DNA of 64,000 bases from a virus (taxonomy: Duplodnaviria > Heunggongvirae > Uroviricota > Caudoviricetes). The stretch spans positions 33,731-97,730 of IMG/VR virus record IMGVR_UViG_2922289487_000003. One strand, 5' to 3'. The translations under genes were made by a program, and so were the position numbers. Shown here one piece after another: positions 29,586 through 38,927 of the stretch; positions within the stretch are counted from its first letter, which is position 1; every line of letters begins with the position of its first letter. The notes under the pieces were generated by a model. That model made no database searches, had not been told where the DNA came from, and saw only the letters and a program-made list of their open reading frames with translations.

Positions 29586-29920
29586 TAACCAATCTCCTCG
29601 CAGTCATCGAAAAGGTAACTCTCGTTCTCTGCATGAACGCCGTAGATGTCACCGAATTTATTGAAAACGAAATTGTCCCCGCCAGTGCCGGTTAGTTTTC
29701 CGTTGCGCCGGGTGAGGGTGGGGGAAGACAGTATGCGATCGTCACGCAACACATAGAACTGATCACCGCTATCCACGACCATCGCGCCATAGGACGCTCT
29801 GGTGAGGCTGATGAGGTTATCCTCACTGGTTTCGGCCACAGACATCTCACACTGATAAACGTGTATATCAGCGAGAATAGATTGGGGCAGGAGTAGTAGT
29901 GCCAGTGCGATCTTCTTCAT
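29585..29920 (-). CDS. hypothetical secreted protein
   Basis: Signal peptide MKKIALALLLLPQSILA. Confidence 0.45.
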   Translation of the reverse strand: MKKIALALLLLPQSILADIHVYQCEMSVAETSEDNLISLTRASYGAMVVDSGDQFYVLRDDRILSSPTLTRRNGKLTGTGGDNFVFNKFGDIYGVHAENESYLFDDCEEIG

Positions 29921-30096
29921 GCCACGACCCCTTTGAACACCTCGAACGCTGAGTTGCTTACCAGTACGACGGCCAGTGTGTTGACCATCGCGCCATTGAC
30001 GGGTGCCAGAGCTTTCCGGATCGTCCCTGTAAACAGGCAGTCGAGTACAAAAGCTATCGAGACAATGAGTAATAAGGTATCTATTACAGTCTTCAT
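29917..30096 (-). CDS. small membrane protein (59 aa; not in ORF track)
   Basis: Own translation MKTVIDTLLLIVSIAFVLDCLFTG... ATGA overlap with the downstream gene. Motif B (30095-30117) abuts its ATG. Confidence 0.3.
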   Translation of the reverse strand: MKTVIDTLLLIVSIAFVLDCLFTGTIRKALAPVNGAMVNTLAVVLVSNSAFEVFKGVVA

Positions 30097-30136
30097 AGTA
30101 GGTAAATGCTAACTTATAAGTATTTATGTGTAAATA

Positions 30137-30412
30137 TCACTCAAAGGTGCTGATGCCTAAAATCCGCTCAAGATGCGCAGCGTCTTCGTCGCTGAGCTGG
30201 CGTGTGTCATCAACGTACCAGCAATTACCGTTATTCCAGCAAACACCGTCTTTATCAACGAATACGGAGTCTGCATCCTGCCCTGTGTATTCTGGGAGTA
30301 TGCGCATAATTGCAGCCTGAATCTCTTCTTCATTCAGGCCATTGCACTTCACCATAAACAGGGGGAATACGTCATAGTCGGTGCTGGCTGTAATGCGAAC
30401 CAAAGTCTTCAT
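30137..30412 (-). CDS. hypothetical protein
   Basis: Motif B-like element (30425-30444) just upstream. Confidence 0.4.
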   Translation of the reverse strand: MKTLVRITASTDYDVFPLFMVKCNGLNEEEIQAAIMRILPEYTGQDADSVFVDKDGVCWNNGNCWYVDDTRQLSDEDAAHLERILGISTFE

Positions 30413-30479
30413 CTGCTTATCCTTATTGGTAAGTACTTAATTATTATATTGTGCACATTAAGGCGCACAATAAGCTTAT

Positions 30480-30890
30480 TCAGGGCAGTGGAAAGAACTT
30501 TTCCAGCGTGCGGTCGACGGCTTTATCGATGTGCATGAGATGCCAGACGATCATGTCTTTGCTCCCCAGCCCGCGGGTGTAGATGACGTCGAACTTCCGC
30601 CAGGCTGCGTGAAACCAGTGCGGTGTATCATCGACCGGCAGATCCTCTCCAGCCTCCTTGAAGTACTTGAGCAGCATTGCCTGTTCAGCGGTTGGCGTCG
30701 GGCCAATCTCTTCTGCATACATCCGGATGAAACGCTGCCAGTCGGCTTCATCCTCTGACGGTTCCGGGGCGTTCATTTCAGCAATGGCGTCGCGCAGCTG
30801 CTTCGCCCACTCGGGTTCCGGATAACCCTGAGCGATTTCCTTATCGACAACATCCAGTGCAGCGTTGGCCGCGTCATAGAGTTTTTTCAT
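30480..30890 (-). CDS. hypothetical protein
   Basis: ORF in a small-gene operon. Confidence 0.4.
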   Translation of the reverse strand: MKKLYDAANAALDVVDKEIAQGYPEPEWAKQLRDAIAEMNAPEPSEDEADWQRFIRMYAEEIGPTPTAEQAMLLKYFKEAGEDLPVDDTPHWFHAAWRKFDVIYTRGLGSKDMIVWHLMHIDKAVDRTLEKFFPLP

Positions 30891-31278
30891 GCTTCTTCTC
30901 CTGCATCAAAAGGAATACGATCATTGCCGCTCTGAAAGGGTTCGGGTTCTGGATCAGATGCTGTGGCGTGGAGCCGTCCACTTTTCTGTGGGCCGCTCTC
31001 CACTCGCCTGGCTGTCTGGCGGGGATGACCCCAATGCGATACCGGTAAATGATGTCCCAGGCATCTATCGGATCATTGCACCAGTCAAAAGAACCAAACC
31101 CGTCAGGACCTTTGGCAATCACAGCGGTGCAGCCATCGTCCTGCATCCCTTTCCATCCATAACTGGAATTAAGTGGCTGGTGGCCTGTCGCTTCTGCGAC
31201 CAGACAGTTGATCTCAAAGTCCGTCATTTCGGAGTAGTTCTTAGGGAGTTTCTCGTTCATCTCAGCCTCTGTATTCAA
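30874..31278 (-). CDS. hypothetical phage protein, possibly NinX/DUF2591-like
   Basis: LPKNYSEMTDFEINCLVAEATG resembles the conserved N-terminus of DUF2591 proteins. Weak assignment. Confidence 0.35.
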   Translation of the reverse strand: MNTEAEMNEKLPKNYSEMTDFEINCLVAEATGHQPLNSSYGWKGMQDDGCTAVIAKGPDGFGSFDWCNDPIDAWDIIYRYRIGVIPARQPGEWRAAHRKVDGSTPQHLIQNPNPFRAAMIVFLLMQEKKHEKTL

Positions 31279-31507
31279 TAAACGCGAGGGGGAGTTTCCG
31301 GACGCTGTAACCGTCCTTTAACTGCCTTGCGAATACCTTCTCTACAACATGTTTGTCGGGGTTGAACAGGTAGTTGCCTGGGTACTTCGTTTTGAAGACA
31401 TTTCCGTCTTTCATCAGCCACCAGGCATCAACGATTGCCACACGATAACTGCGTGGCGTTGTCACTTCTTTTGCCTCTACAGATATCAATTCCATATCAG
31501 TAAACAT
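31262..31507 (-). CDS. hypothetical protein
   Basis: Preceded by a motif A core (31501-31534). Confidence 0.4.
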   Translation of the reverse strand: MFTDMELISVEAKEVTTPRSYRVAIVDAWWLMKDGNVFKTKYPGNYLFNPDKHVVEKVFARQLKDGYSVRKLPLAFIEYRG

Positions 31508-31537
31508 TTTGTTTTCTTGGTGGTGATATTAACCAGA

Positions 31538-31562
31538 TAAAAAAGGCGTCCAAGTGGACGCC
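31538..31562 (-). terminator. rho-independent terminator (GGCGTCCA-n4-TGGACGCC + T-run on minus strand) after the SPFH gene
   Basis: Hairpin followed by tttttt on the minus strand. Confidence 0.6.
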
Positions 31563-31582
31563 GTATGTTTGAACAGGGGCTG

Positions 31583-32413
31583 TTACTTCAATGCGACAAA
31601 TGGCGTGTTTGCCCCTTGAGTCATGTACTGAGGAAGCTGACCATTCCATTTGTTGATGGCTTCCAGTTCCATAACGTTCGGGTTCTGGCGTAGTGCGTCC
31701 CCGCGCAGTTTGATAGCGTCTGCTTCTGCTTGAGCACGTTTGCGGATCGCATCTGCTTCACCCTCGGCTTGCTCACGCAGCATGTTCGCTTCCGCCTTAC
31801 GCTGTTCAACTTCTTGCTGGCGCTGGAGCGTTCTCTGGTTTGCGGTAACTTTGGCATTGATGGATTCGATGACAGTGGTCGGGTAGTCGGGTTTGCCCAC
31901 CCATGACAGACTGATTACTTCGATGCCGACCGGTGACATTTCTGCCTGAATATCTTTAAGTGCGTTGTCCAGAAGAGCAGCTTTACCACCGTCGATAAAA
32001 GAGTCAGTTGTCATGCGACTTGCCAGACGGTTCAGGGAGTCTGCAATCTTCTGGCGCAGGTCGGTCTCGGTAATGTCGTCAACGCCTTTGCGATATGTCT
32101 GGAACACGGTCGTGACCTTGCTGCGGTTAACCAGATACGCCACACCAATCTTGTGACCGATGGCTGTACCGTCGCTCATCTGGAACGTAAACGGCTCATC
32201 GTAGGTTTTCATTTGTTTGAAAGTTGGGAAGGTGTACAGCTCGGTATTCAGACCAGTCCACTGGCGGCCAACGCCGACAACTTCACCGATACCTTTGTCT
32301 TCACCCAATTTGTTTACTTTGATGCCAACGTATCCCGGTTCCACGCGATCGCAGCCGGTCAGACCCATTGTGCAAATAGCAGCCAGAGCTACCGCCAGTA
32401 AACCTTTCTTCAT
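31583..32413 (-). CDS. SPFH (band-7/prohibitin-like) domain lipoprotein
   Basis: Lipobox LTGC after the signal peptide. C-terminal coiled-coil EQRKAEANMLREQAEGEADAIRKRAQAEADAI typical of the SPFH family. Confidence 0.6.
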   Translation of the reverse strand: MKKGLLAVALAAICTMGLTGCDRVEPGYVGIKVNKLGEDKGIGEVVGVGRQWTGLNTELYTFPTFKQMKTYDEPFTFQMSDGTAIGHKIGVAYLVNRSKVTTVFQTYRKGVDDITETDLRQKIADSLNRLASRMTTDSFIDGGKAALLDNALKDIQAEMSPVGIEVISLSWVGKPDYPTTVIESINAKVTANQRTLQRQQEVEQRKAEANMLREQAEGEADAIRKRAQAEADAIKLRGDALRQNPNVMELEAINKWNGQLPQYMTQGANTPFVALK

Positions 32414-32416
32414 TAC

Positions 32417-32617
32417 TTACTTCTCCTTAGATTTTTTGAGTGAGTTGAAATACCTGCGGCCAGCGATAAAGTAGATAACCGGGAAGCCGAATGCGACGAC
32501 AAGCCCAATGAGAAAGGCCAGATCGCTTTTAGCGGATATCAGCGACGGAACCAGTAGACCGTAAACGAAAAAGACGGATACCAGGGCCGCTACCGCCATG
32601 AGATAACCTTTGATCAT
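32417..32617 (-). CDS. small two-TM membrane protein, candidate partner of the SPFH protein
   Basis: 66 aa, two hydrophobic helices. 4-nt gap to the SPFH gene. Confidence 0.4.
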   Translation of the reverse strand: MIKGYLMAVAALVSVFFVYGLLVPSLISAKSDLAFLIGLVVAFGFPVIYFIAGRRYFNSLKKSKEK

Positions 32618-32648
32618 GTGTTTCCTTTTGTCGTTATGGTGGCGAAAT

Positions 32649-32669
32649 GATAAGTAAGTACTTATATAT
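32649..32669. promoter_or_regulatory. motif B instance (GATAAGTAAGTACTTATATAT) upstream of the SPFH operon
   Basis: Between the terminator at 32681-32703 and the small membrane gene start. Confidence 0.4.
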
Positions 32670-32680
32670 TTTCAAGTGCT

Positions 32681-32703
32681 AAAAAAGGCGTCCAGTGGAC
32701 GCC
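32681..32703 (-). terminator. rho-independent terminator after the recA/uvsX-like gene (GGCGTCCA-n1-TGGACGCC + T-run)
   Basis: Same stem sequence as the 31538-31562 terminator. Confidence 0.6.
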
Positions 32704-32710
32704 TTTGTGA

Positions 32711-33787
32711 TTAAGCTTCTTCGGTTTCGAGTGGTGTCGATTCTTTTGCTCGTCGCTCATCGATGGCCTGTAGCGCAGCGATGATTTCCGGGAGCGGCTT
32801 GTCGCGGTACATCTCGACGATCTGTGATTTGGTGTATTTCTTATCACCAATTTCCACGCGCCCGCTGGCGTTCTTGGGCAGGTATCCTTCCTCCAGCATG
32901 TATTCAACCAGAGATTCGATGACGTCCAGCCCGCGTGTCGGGTCGAAGTAGAATTTCCATGAGCATTTGCCAAACGGAGGCGCGACTTTGTTTTTAATGC
33001 ACTCGGCGCCCACATCCTGCCCAATTTTCTCTTTACCATCTTTCATGACGGATGCCCCCAGACGAATGCGTACTGATGCGTAGAACTTCGGAGAATCACC
33101 ACCCGGAGAAGTCGTCGGATCGCCAAACATCACGCCGATTTTGGTACGCACCTGATTAAGAAAAATGATGCACGCGTTGTACTTACGCGCCCAGAGCGCA
33201 AGAGTAGGGAAGTTGGCACTCGTTGCTCGCGCCAGCGCCGTGTTGTCGTTCATGTTCAGCTGATCTTTGTCTTTCGCAGTGCCTTCTGCCATCTTGTCGA
33301 ACTTCTCAGCCTTTGAGTTCGGCACCATCGACGCCAGAGAGTCGGCCACGATGCAGATAGGCGCTGTTTCCGGGATAAGCTCTTCGTCGCGTACCAGTTT
33401 GAGGATTGTGCCGATCAGCTCAACGGAATCTTCGAAGGTGTCAGGCTGTTTGTAGACCCACTGACCGTCGTCTTCGTCTGCGTTCAGACCGTTAGCGACA
33501 GCCAGAGCAACATCGAAACTGTTTTCGTGGTCGAGGAACACGGCCAGCCCGTCCTGCTTCTGTGCGGAAACCATCGCAGCCGTTGCCAGAAATGTTTTCC
33601 CTGCACTTGGAGGTCCGAATACCTCAACGATACGGCCACATGGGAATCCCCCGTCGTAGCGCCCAGAAATGGCTTTGTTCAGCGGAGGGAAGCCAGAATC
33701 AATCCAGTGAGAGACTTTCTGGATCTCGTCGTTGCTGCCGATTTTCTTTTTCAATGCCAGCGCGAGAGCGGATTTACCTTTTGCCAT
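32711..33787 (-). CDS. RecA/UvsX-like recombinase
   Basis: Walker A GPPSAGKTFLA, Walker B-like ICIVADSLASM. Overall RecA-core length about 358 aa. Confidence 0.75.
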   Translation of the reverse strand: MAKGKSALALALKKKIGSNDEIQKVSHWIDSGFPPLNKAISGRYDGGFPCGRIVEVFGPPSAGKTFLATAAMVSAQKQDGLAVFLDHENSFDVALAVANGLNADEDDGQWVYKQPDTFEDSVELIGTILKLVRDEELIPETAPICIVADSLASMVPNSKAEKFDKMAEGTAKDKDQLNMNDNTALARATSANFPTLALWARKYNACIIFLNQVRTKIGVMFGDPTTSPGGDSPKFYASVRIRLGASVMKDGKEKIGQDVGAECIKNKVAPPFGKCSWKFYFDPTRGLDVIESLVEYMLEEGYLPKNASGRVEIGDKKYTKSQIVEMYRDKPLPEIIAALQAIDERRAKESTPLETEEA

Positions 33788-33789
33788 AA

Positions 33790-34056
33790 TCAGGCTCCTT
33801 TTGATTCGTTGATTCGCTTCGAAGCAGCGGCTTCGTCAAACTTGATTGCGTCGTGGTTGAGGTGTCTGGCTACACGAGCGATGATCTTCACCACCTGTTC
33901 GCTGAGCAGCGCGAACTCTCGCTCAGTGGCAAAAATGCCAGCAGCGCCCAGAATATTCGGCAGCGCCACCACAGCGTGCTCGCCGTGGCAAAATACAATC
34001 TCTTTAGCCAGCATCGTTGGTGTGGTTGTCCCGCCATTAATGATGGATTTCAACAT
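33790..34056 (-). CDS. hypothetical protein
   Basis: Short ORF between the recombinase and flap endonuclease genes. Confidence 0.35.
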   Translation of the reverse strand: MLKSIINGGTTTPTMLAKEIVFCHGEHAVVALPNILGAAGIFATEREFALLSEQVVKIIARVARHLNHDAIKFDEAAASKRINESKGA

Positions 34057-35051
34057 CAGCAGTACCTCTCAAAGGGGAGAACAAACACGTCCAGATCTTC
34101 CAGAAACGAACGGAAGTTAAGCTCGTAGCACATCTGTTCGAAGGCTTTCAGATCTCGATTGCCTTTAATCGACTGGATTTCACTTGGTGGAAACCTGGTT
34201 TCTATCAGATTCATCAGTGTCATATTGCGCACAAAGGCTTCCAGCATCCTGCAGCCCGTCTTCTCGTTGAAGGCGTTCTTAGCCAGCTTGTTGAATGCCG
34301 TTTTGTAGCGGCCTTTGTTGATGACGATAGAGCCGTCGTTAATGCCGCGTACCATCGCTGAAACACTTCCCCATTCATGCAGCAGCTCTTTCGCGCCGCC
34401 ATCACCAATGCCACCTACGCCTTTGATGTTGTCGGAGTTATCACCCTGTAATGCCTTCGCTTCCAGAAAAGCACGTGGAGTAGGAAGACCGATAAGCTCT
34501 GCGAACTGTTCGAAGTTAACCTGCTTGTGTCTGGCGTCTTCGCGCAGGCTCACCCAGCTCACGTTCTCACGCACCAGTTGTAGCCAGTCACCATCGCCGG
34601 TCAGTAGATAGATATGCTCGACGCTCGGCTGCGGGGCGAGACGAGAAACCAACATCCCGGCCAGATCGTCTGCTTCTGCATCTTTGGCAACCATCTGGTT
34701 AACGCCAAGCGCGGTCATCATTTTGAGGATGTAGGGCTTCTGGATAGCAAACCCCTCTTTCATCTTCTTCATTTCCGGATCGTCATCGCGATTCGCTTTG
34801 TAGTCCGGGTAATAAGCGCGACGTCGGTCGCTGTACCCATCCCAAAGAATCATCGGACGAGCATGGAGAATTGAGGCATAGCGACGAACGTTCTTCACAA
34901 AGCCAAAGACAGCCTGGACTTCCATTTCGCCGTTATGCAGTTTGTCGGATTGCTGGTGGTAATAGCCCAGGCTGTTACCGTCCACGAAGAGATAATTCAC
35001 CGGAACACTCCTTCCAAAAAGTAAGGCGTCCGTAGACGCCTTACTGGTCAC
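34056..35051 (-). CDS. 5'-3' exonuclease / flap endonuclease (Pol I 5'-exo / T5 D15-like)
   Basis: YLFVDGNSLGYY, AKDAEADDLAG, LLTGDGDWLQLV, H3TH GDNSDNIKGVGGIGDGGAKELL. Confidence 0.8.
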   Translation of the reverse strand: MTSKASTDALLFGRSVPVNYLFVDGNSLGYYHQQSDKLHNGEMEVQAVFGFVKNVRRYASILHARPMILWDGYSDRRRAYYPDYKANRDDDPEMKKMKEGFAIQKPYILKMMTALGVNQMVAKDAEADDLAGMLVSRLAPQPSVEHIYLLTGDGDWLQLVRENVSWVSLREDARHKQVNFEQFAELIGLPTPRAFLEAKALQGDNSDNIKGVGGIGDGGAKELLHEWGSVSAMVRGINDGSIVINKGRYKTAFNKLAKNAFNEKTGCRMLEAFVRNMTLMNLIETRFPPSEIQSIKGNRDLKAFEQMCYELNFRSFLEDLDVFVLPFERYC

Positions 35052-35060
35052 GTTATGGGA

Positions 35061-36083
35061 TTACAGAGCGTCCAGTTCTGCCAGCAGGTCATCGAGGCCT
35101 TCATCAGCTGGCGCAGCAGCCGTAGCTGTGCTTTCAGTTGCAGCCGTTGCCGCTTCTGGTGCTTTAGCTGGTTCTGGAGTGGTTTCTGGCTTGAACTCGG
35201 CTTCTGCGGCACGCAGGATTTCTTCGTCAACCAGACTGGAGGATTCAGGCGCTGGGGTGTGCGCTGTAGCGACAGCCGCTGCACCTTCCGTATGACCAGT
35301 GATTGAGCCAAAGCCTGGCAGTTCAGCCGCAGCAGATTTCGTAGCAGAAGAAATGGCCGGGGCGGACATGGTGGCAGCCGGTGCTGCAATGCCAATCAGT
35401 CGACCCATAGTGCGGGCAGTGGACAGCAGACGAGTTTCGTCAGCCTGGTTCGCGTAAGCGATCAGATCGTGCTGGGTAGACCACAGTTTCTCCGGGATAT
35501 CGCCTTTGTAGACTTTACGTTTCGGGGATACGTCGTATTTGGTGTCACGACCAGAGCCGGTGCGCTTAATCAGGAACGCGTAACCTTCTTCCTTGCTCAG
35601 TGGGTTGCCGATATCGTCCGCAATATCTTCTGACATAACTTTGCAGATATCGTCGAATACAGTGGACGGCAGCTCAATCAGCTGGCATTTCTCTGCATCG
35701 GCAAAGTCTTCGCGTGCAGACAACACACCATTGACCAGATAACGCGGGGTGGCACGCATTTGACCAATGCGCTCTTCCATTGCTTTGTTACCTTTAAAGC
35801 GAGCACGACCTTCCATAACCATCTCGCATAACTGGCACGCGTGGCCGTGGGTATGCTGTTCGCAGATATAAGCAGTGGTAACTTCTTTGCCTTCCTCATT
35901 CTGATGCTTAACGTAGTGCATACCGAACGTCTGGAAGAACACACCATTCGGGTCGTCCTTGTTCGGGAAAATGCGCAGGTAATTGTTACCGTCTTTCAGA
36001 CGGGTCAAATCAACGTTATTGCCACGTTTAGAAGCAATATCGCCACGGGTCTTGTTAAGCAGATCAAGTAATGACTTAGACAT
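35061..36083 (-). CDS. single-stranded DNA-binding protein, gp32-like (zinc-binding; acidic C-terminal tail)
   Basis: His/Cys cluster YICEQHTHGHACQLCE resembles the gp32 zinc site. Ala/Glu/Pro-rich linker and acidic tail DEGLDDLLAELDAL. Confidence 0.5.
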   Translation of the reverse strand: MSKSLLDLLNKTRGDIASKRGNNVDLTRLKDGNNYLRIFPNKDDPNGVFFQTFGMHYVKHQNEEGKEVTTAYICEQHTHGHACQLCEMVMEGRARFKGNKAMEERIGQMRATPRYLVNGVLSAREDFADAEKCQLIELPSTVFDDICKVMSEDIADDIGNPLSKEEGYAFLIKRTGSGRDTKYDVSPKRKVYKGDIPEKLWSTQHDLIAYANQADETRLLSTARTMGRLIGIAAPAATMSAPAISSATKSAAAELPGFGSITGHTEGAAAVATAHTPAPESSSLVDEEILRAAEAEFKPETTPEPAKAPEAATAATESTATAAAPADEGLDDLLAELDAL

Positions 36084-36202
36084 GTATTTCTCCTTGTTGT
36101 GATTGTGGCCATTGGCGCTGTGCGCTTTGGGCGTTCGTTTGTTCGTGGCTCTTGCGAGCGAGAAGAATAATAGATCAGTGCTTACTTATAATCTATCGGA
36201 AA

Positions 36203-36676
36203 TTAACGGGGAGAATGGAATCGCTCGGCGCCCAGACGTTCAATCTCCACGATAGCCATTTTTGACGCCTGGACAATCATGTCTCGGCGGTGAGAGAAGG
36301 CGGCAACTGCGTGTTTGTACAGGTCTGCAATGTACCGGGCTTCGTCGAGTTTCTGACGTCTGGCAAGGTACTGAGGGCTGGTTCTGACCTTCGCCTGAAG
36401 AACGGACTCATTATATTTAATGCCGTTCATACTCAGGTTTTTACGCTCGTTATCGTAGATTTTTGCTTCTATTGCATCGAGCGAGAGCTTTGCGTCAGCG
36501 GCCTCTCTTTCTGCTCTGGCAAGCTTTGAGCCGTACTCCATCAGAAGACGCGGTTGTTGACGCCAGACTTCCTCCAGATTGTCGCGGTCGAACTCCAGAT
36601 CGGACATGATTTTTTCGTAGATATCGGTGCTCATAGTGTTAATTACCTGCTTATTTGTTTGTATCAATTTTATCAT
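36203..36676 (-). CDS. hypothetical protein, possible UvsY-like recombination mediator (position-based guess)
   Basis: First gene of the gp32-like/FEN/RecA-like operon. Weak coiled-coil resemblance only. Confidence 0.25.
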   Translation of the reverse strand: MIKLIQTNKQVINTMSTDIYEKIMSDLEFDRDNLEEVWRQQPRLLMEYGSKLARAEREAADAKLSLDAIEAKIYDNERKNLSMNGIKYNESVLQAKVRTSPQYLARRQKLDEARYIADLYKHAVAAFSHRRDMIVQASKMAIVEIERLGAERFHSPR

Positions 36677-36842
36677 GGTGAAAGCAGGCGTAGTAATTTA
36701 TGACACAAAGAAGTGAAGGCTATGGGGCAGGTAAGTCGGTGAAAGGCTAAGTGGTTCTGATAACCTATGCGTCGTTAAAAGCTGGCCGTAGACAGCGTGC
36801 GACATGGGGTGGAGGACACGGACGGTCGAAGCATACTCGCCG

Positions 36843-36871
36843 TTGACAGTTGTCAACACTGTTACTAGAAT
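36843..36871 (+). promoter_or_regulatory. sigma70-type promoter (TTGACA-17-TAGAAT) with palindromic operator GTTGACAgtTGTCAAC overlapping the -35
   Basis: Read directly: cgTTGACAgttgtcaacactgttacTAGAATgc, 20 nt before the GGAGG Shine-Dalgarno of the 36891 gene. Confidence 0.5.
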
Positions 36872-36890
36872 GCTTAATAATCGGAGGGGA

Positions 36891-37115
36891 ATGAAGATAC
36901 ATCCCAATAAGCATATTCAAGCAGCCATTGAATATGCCTTGAGCCGAGGCTGGGTTTGGGTGGCACCAGGCAATTCTGCACACTGTTTTTGCAAATTGCG
37001 CTGTGGAAATCCAGAAGGTGAACACCGAGATCACCACATTAGCGTATGGTCGACGCCAAGAAGCGCCGAGAGCCATGCCAAGCAAATCAGGCGCGTCGTA
37101 GATCGTTGCACTTGA
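36891..37115 (+). CDS. small basic protein, HicA-toxin-like (tentative)
   Basis: 74 aa. GW.....GNSAH pattern resembles the HicA GSHH core. Strong GGAGG Shine-Dalgarno. Confidence 0.3.
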   Translation: MKIHPNKHIQAAIEYALSRGWVWVAPGNSAHCFCKLRCGNPEGEHRDHHISVWSTPRSAESHAKQIRRVVDRCT

Positions 37116-37202
37116 TTTTGCCCGGAGAGGGGCGGTGAATACCGTCCTTCTCCGACGAAGTGAGAATACTTGAATACTCTGAATACTAAACGAAGAGGTT
37201 TT

Positions 37203-37760
37203 ATGGCGCTTTATAACTTCACTCTGACACTCTCTGGCGTAACCTATGAGACCGAAGGACTGGAAGATGCGCTGTACGAAAGCGGCTGTGACGATGCGCT
37301 GATCTGTGCATACGGAAACTCCGTCTATGTTGAGTTTGACCGCGAAGCAGAATCACTGGATGCAGCCATTGCATCAGCGGTCGACAATATCGAATCTGCT
37401 GGTATCGGCGCCATTGTAGAGTCAGTTGATTCTGCTCTGGTCGGACTGAGTGATATCGCTGATATCACCGAAATGTCACGCCAGGCGATTGCGATGCTGA
37501 AAGATGGCAAACGCGGCAGCGGCGATTTCCCTTGCCCAATTCAGCGAATTAAAGGCCAGTCACCACTCTGGGATTGGGCTGATGTTGCTGAATGGCTGTT
37601 ACAGAACGGTCGATTGAAAGAAGGCAACGAACTGGTGAATAACGCTCGTGTATTGAGTAAGTGGAACCTTGCGTTGCGTAGCAGTGCATCAAAAGATTTT
37701 CGGGAAATAGAAGCCATTGCTTCATCGCTTATCGAGAAGCGTCGCAGAGCTGTCGCGTAA
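37203..37760 (+). CDS. hypothetical protein (candidate partner of the upstream HicA-like gene)
   Basis: AAGAGG Shine-Dalgarno before the ATG at 37203. 185 aa. Confidence 0.4.
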   Translation: MALYNFTLTLSGVTYETEGLEDALYESGCDDALICAYGNSVYVEFDREAESLDAAIASAVDNIESAGIGAIVESVDSALVGLSDIADITEMSRQAIAMLKDGKRGSGDFPCPIQRIKGQSPLWDWADVAEWLLQNGRLKEGNELVNNARVLSKWNLALRSSASKDFREIEAIASSLIEKRRRAVA

Positions 37761-37832
37761 TATGCTGCCTGCGTTTGGCTCTACGCCCATGTTCTGAATG
37801 AAATCATGATATTAATGTATAAAAGAGGGAGC

Positions 37833-38477
37833 ATGGATAAAGATACCAAACGCGGTTCTGCATTAGTGAGCGCTTTAAAATCAGATTCCTTAGTTGATTT
37901 GACCAAAGAATATGCAGAACTGGGGATAGATAGCCTCATTGAATCAAATACGCTTGAATCAATTCCTTTTGTTAACACTGCTGTCGGTCTATACAAGGCA
38001 GCTGGTTCTGTAAGAGATCATTTATTTACTGACAAGATTGTGCGCTTTCTCACTCAATTCGCTGATTTAACCGACGCTGAGCGGATTAATATGACCGAGC
38101 GATTGAATGAAGATGATAAATACGCGGGAAAAGCAGGCGCAAGGTTAATAGAAATTATCGACAGGATGGAAAGCGAAGACAAGCCAGAAATGGCGGCAGA
38201 GTTCCTCAAAGCGTTTTCCAGAGAAGAGATTGACTTTGACGTCCTGCGTCGTTTGCTGGTCGCTCTTGAAAGAGTTCCCGCATTCGATATTAAGGAACTG
38301 GCTTATTTCTCAGAAGCTGATTACCAAATAACCAGAAACATGGATGAGTTTCTTTTACTGGCCTTAGTTAATGCTGGTTTGGGACAAAATAATGGCGGGT
38401 TCGATGGCGGCGCAATTATCCCAACGAAGCTGTGCAAGATCTTTGTTGAAGCAGGGAAGTTGAAAAAGACCCACTGA
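37833..38477 (+). CDS. hypothetical protein (AT-rich codon usage)
   Basis: AGAGGGAG Shine-Dalgarno before the ATG at 37833. 214 aa, helical and Lys/Glu-rich. Confidence 0.4.
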   Translation: MDKDTKRGSALVSALKSDSLVDLTKEYAELGIDSLIESNTLESIPFVNTAVGLYKAAGSVRDHLFTDKIVRFLTQFADLTDAERINMTERLNEDDKYAGKAGARLIEIIDRMESEDKPEMAAEFLKAFSREEIDFDVLRRLLVALERVPAFDIKELAYFSEADYQITRNMDEFLLLALVNAGLGQNNGGFDGGAIIPTKLCKIFVEAGKLKKTH

Positions 38478-38519
38478 TGTCATCTGTGAAATAGGGGCAT
38501 TAGCCCCTTTAAACTAAAT

Positions 38520-38819
38520 TTAGTTATTCCCTAATGAGCCGGCCATCGCCGCGTATTTAATCTCATCTTCGGGTATTTCAGGGTGAAGCTTGATTTGCCG
38601 GATAACGTAGGCGGGAACTTCATCGCCCCACAGTTTGGCCGCATCTTTGCAGACCTTGTATGCAAAATCTCTGTTCTCAAAAGCATAGGCTTTCCCATAG
38701 GCATATTTCTGGCAGCCGTAGACAGCACTGCCGAAGTCGCCATCTTTATCGGGGAAGGCACATCCAGTCATAAGTAAGGGTAACGCCGCTAAGAGCAGGG
38801 GATTAGTAAAACGTTTCAT
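38520..38819 (-). CDS. small lipoprotein
   Basis: Lipobox LMTGC after a signal peptide. Confidence 0.5.
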   Translation of the reverse strand: MKRFTNPLLLAALPLLMTGCAFPDKDGDFGSAVYGCQKYAYGKAYAFENRDFAYKVCKDAAKLWGDEVPAYVIRQIKLHPEIPEDEIKYAAMAGSLGNN

Positions 38820-38927
38820 ATCTCATTCCGGGAGTTCAGTTTGTATTTCCAAAGGTTTTCTTGAGGGATCTGTAGTCCCCAAGATTCGTGTCTCAGGGAC
38901 TTAGCTGCGTTTGTCTTCAACGCGATC

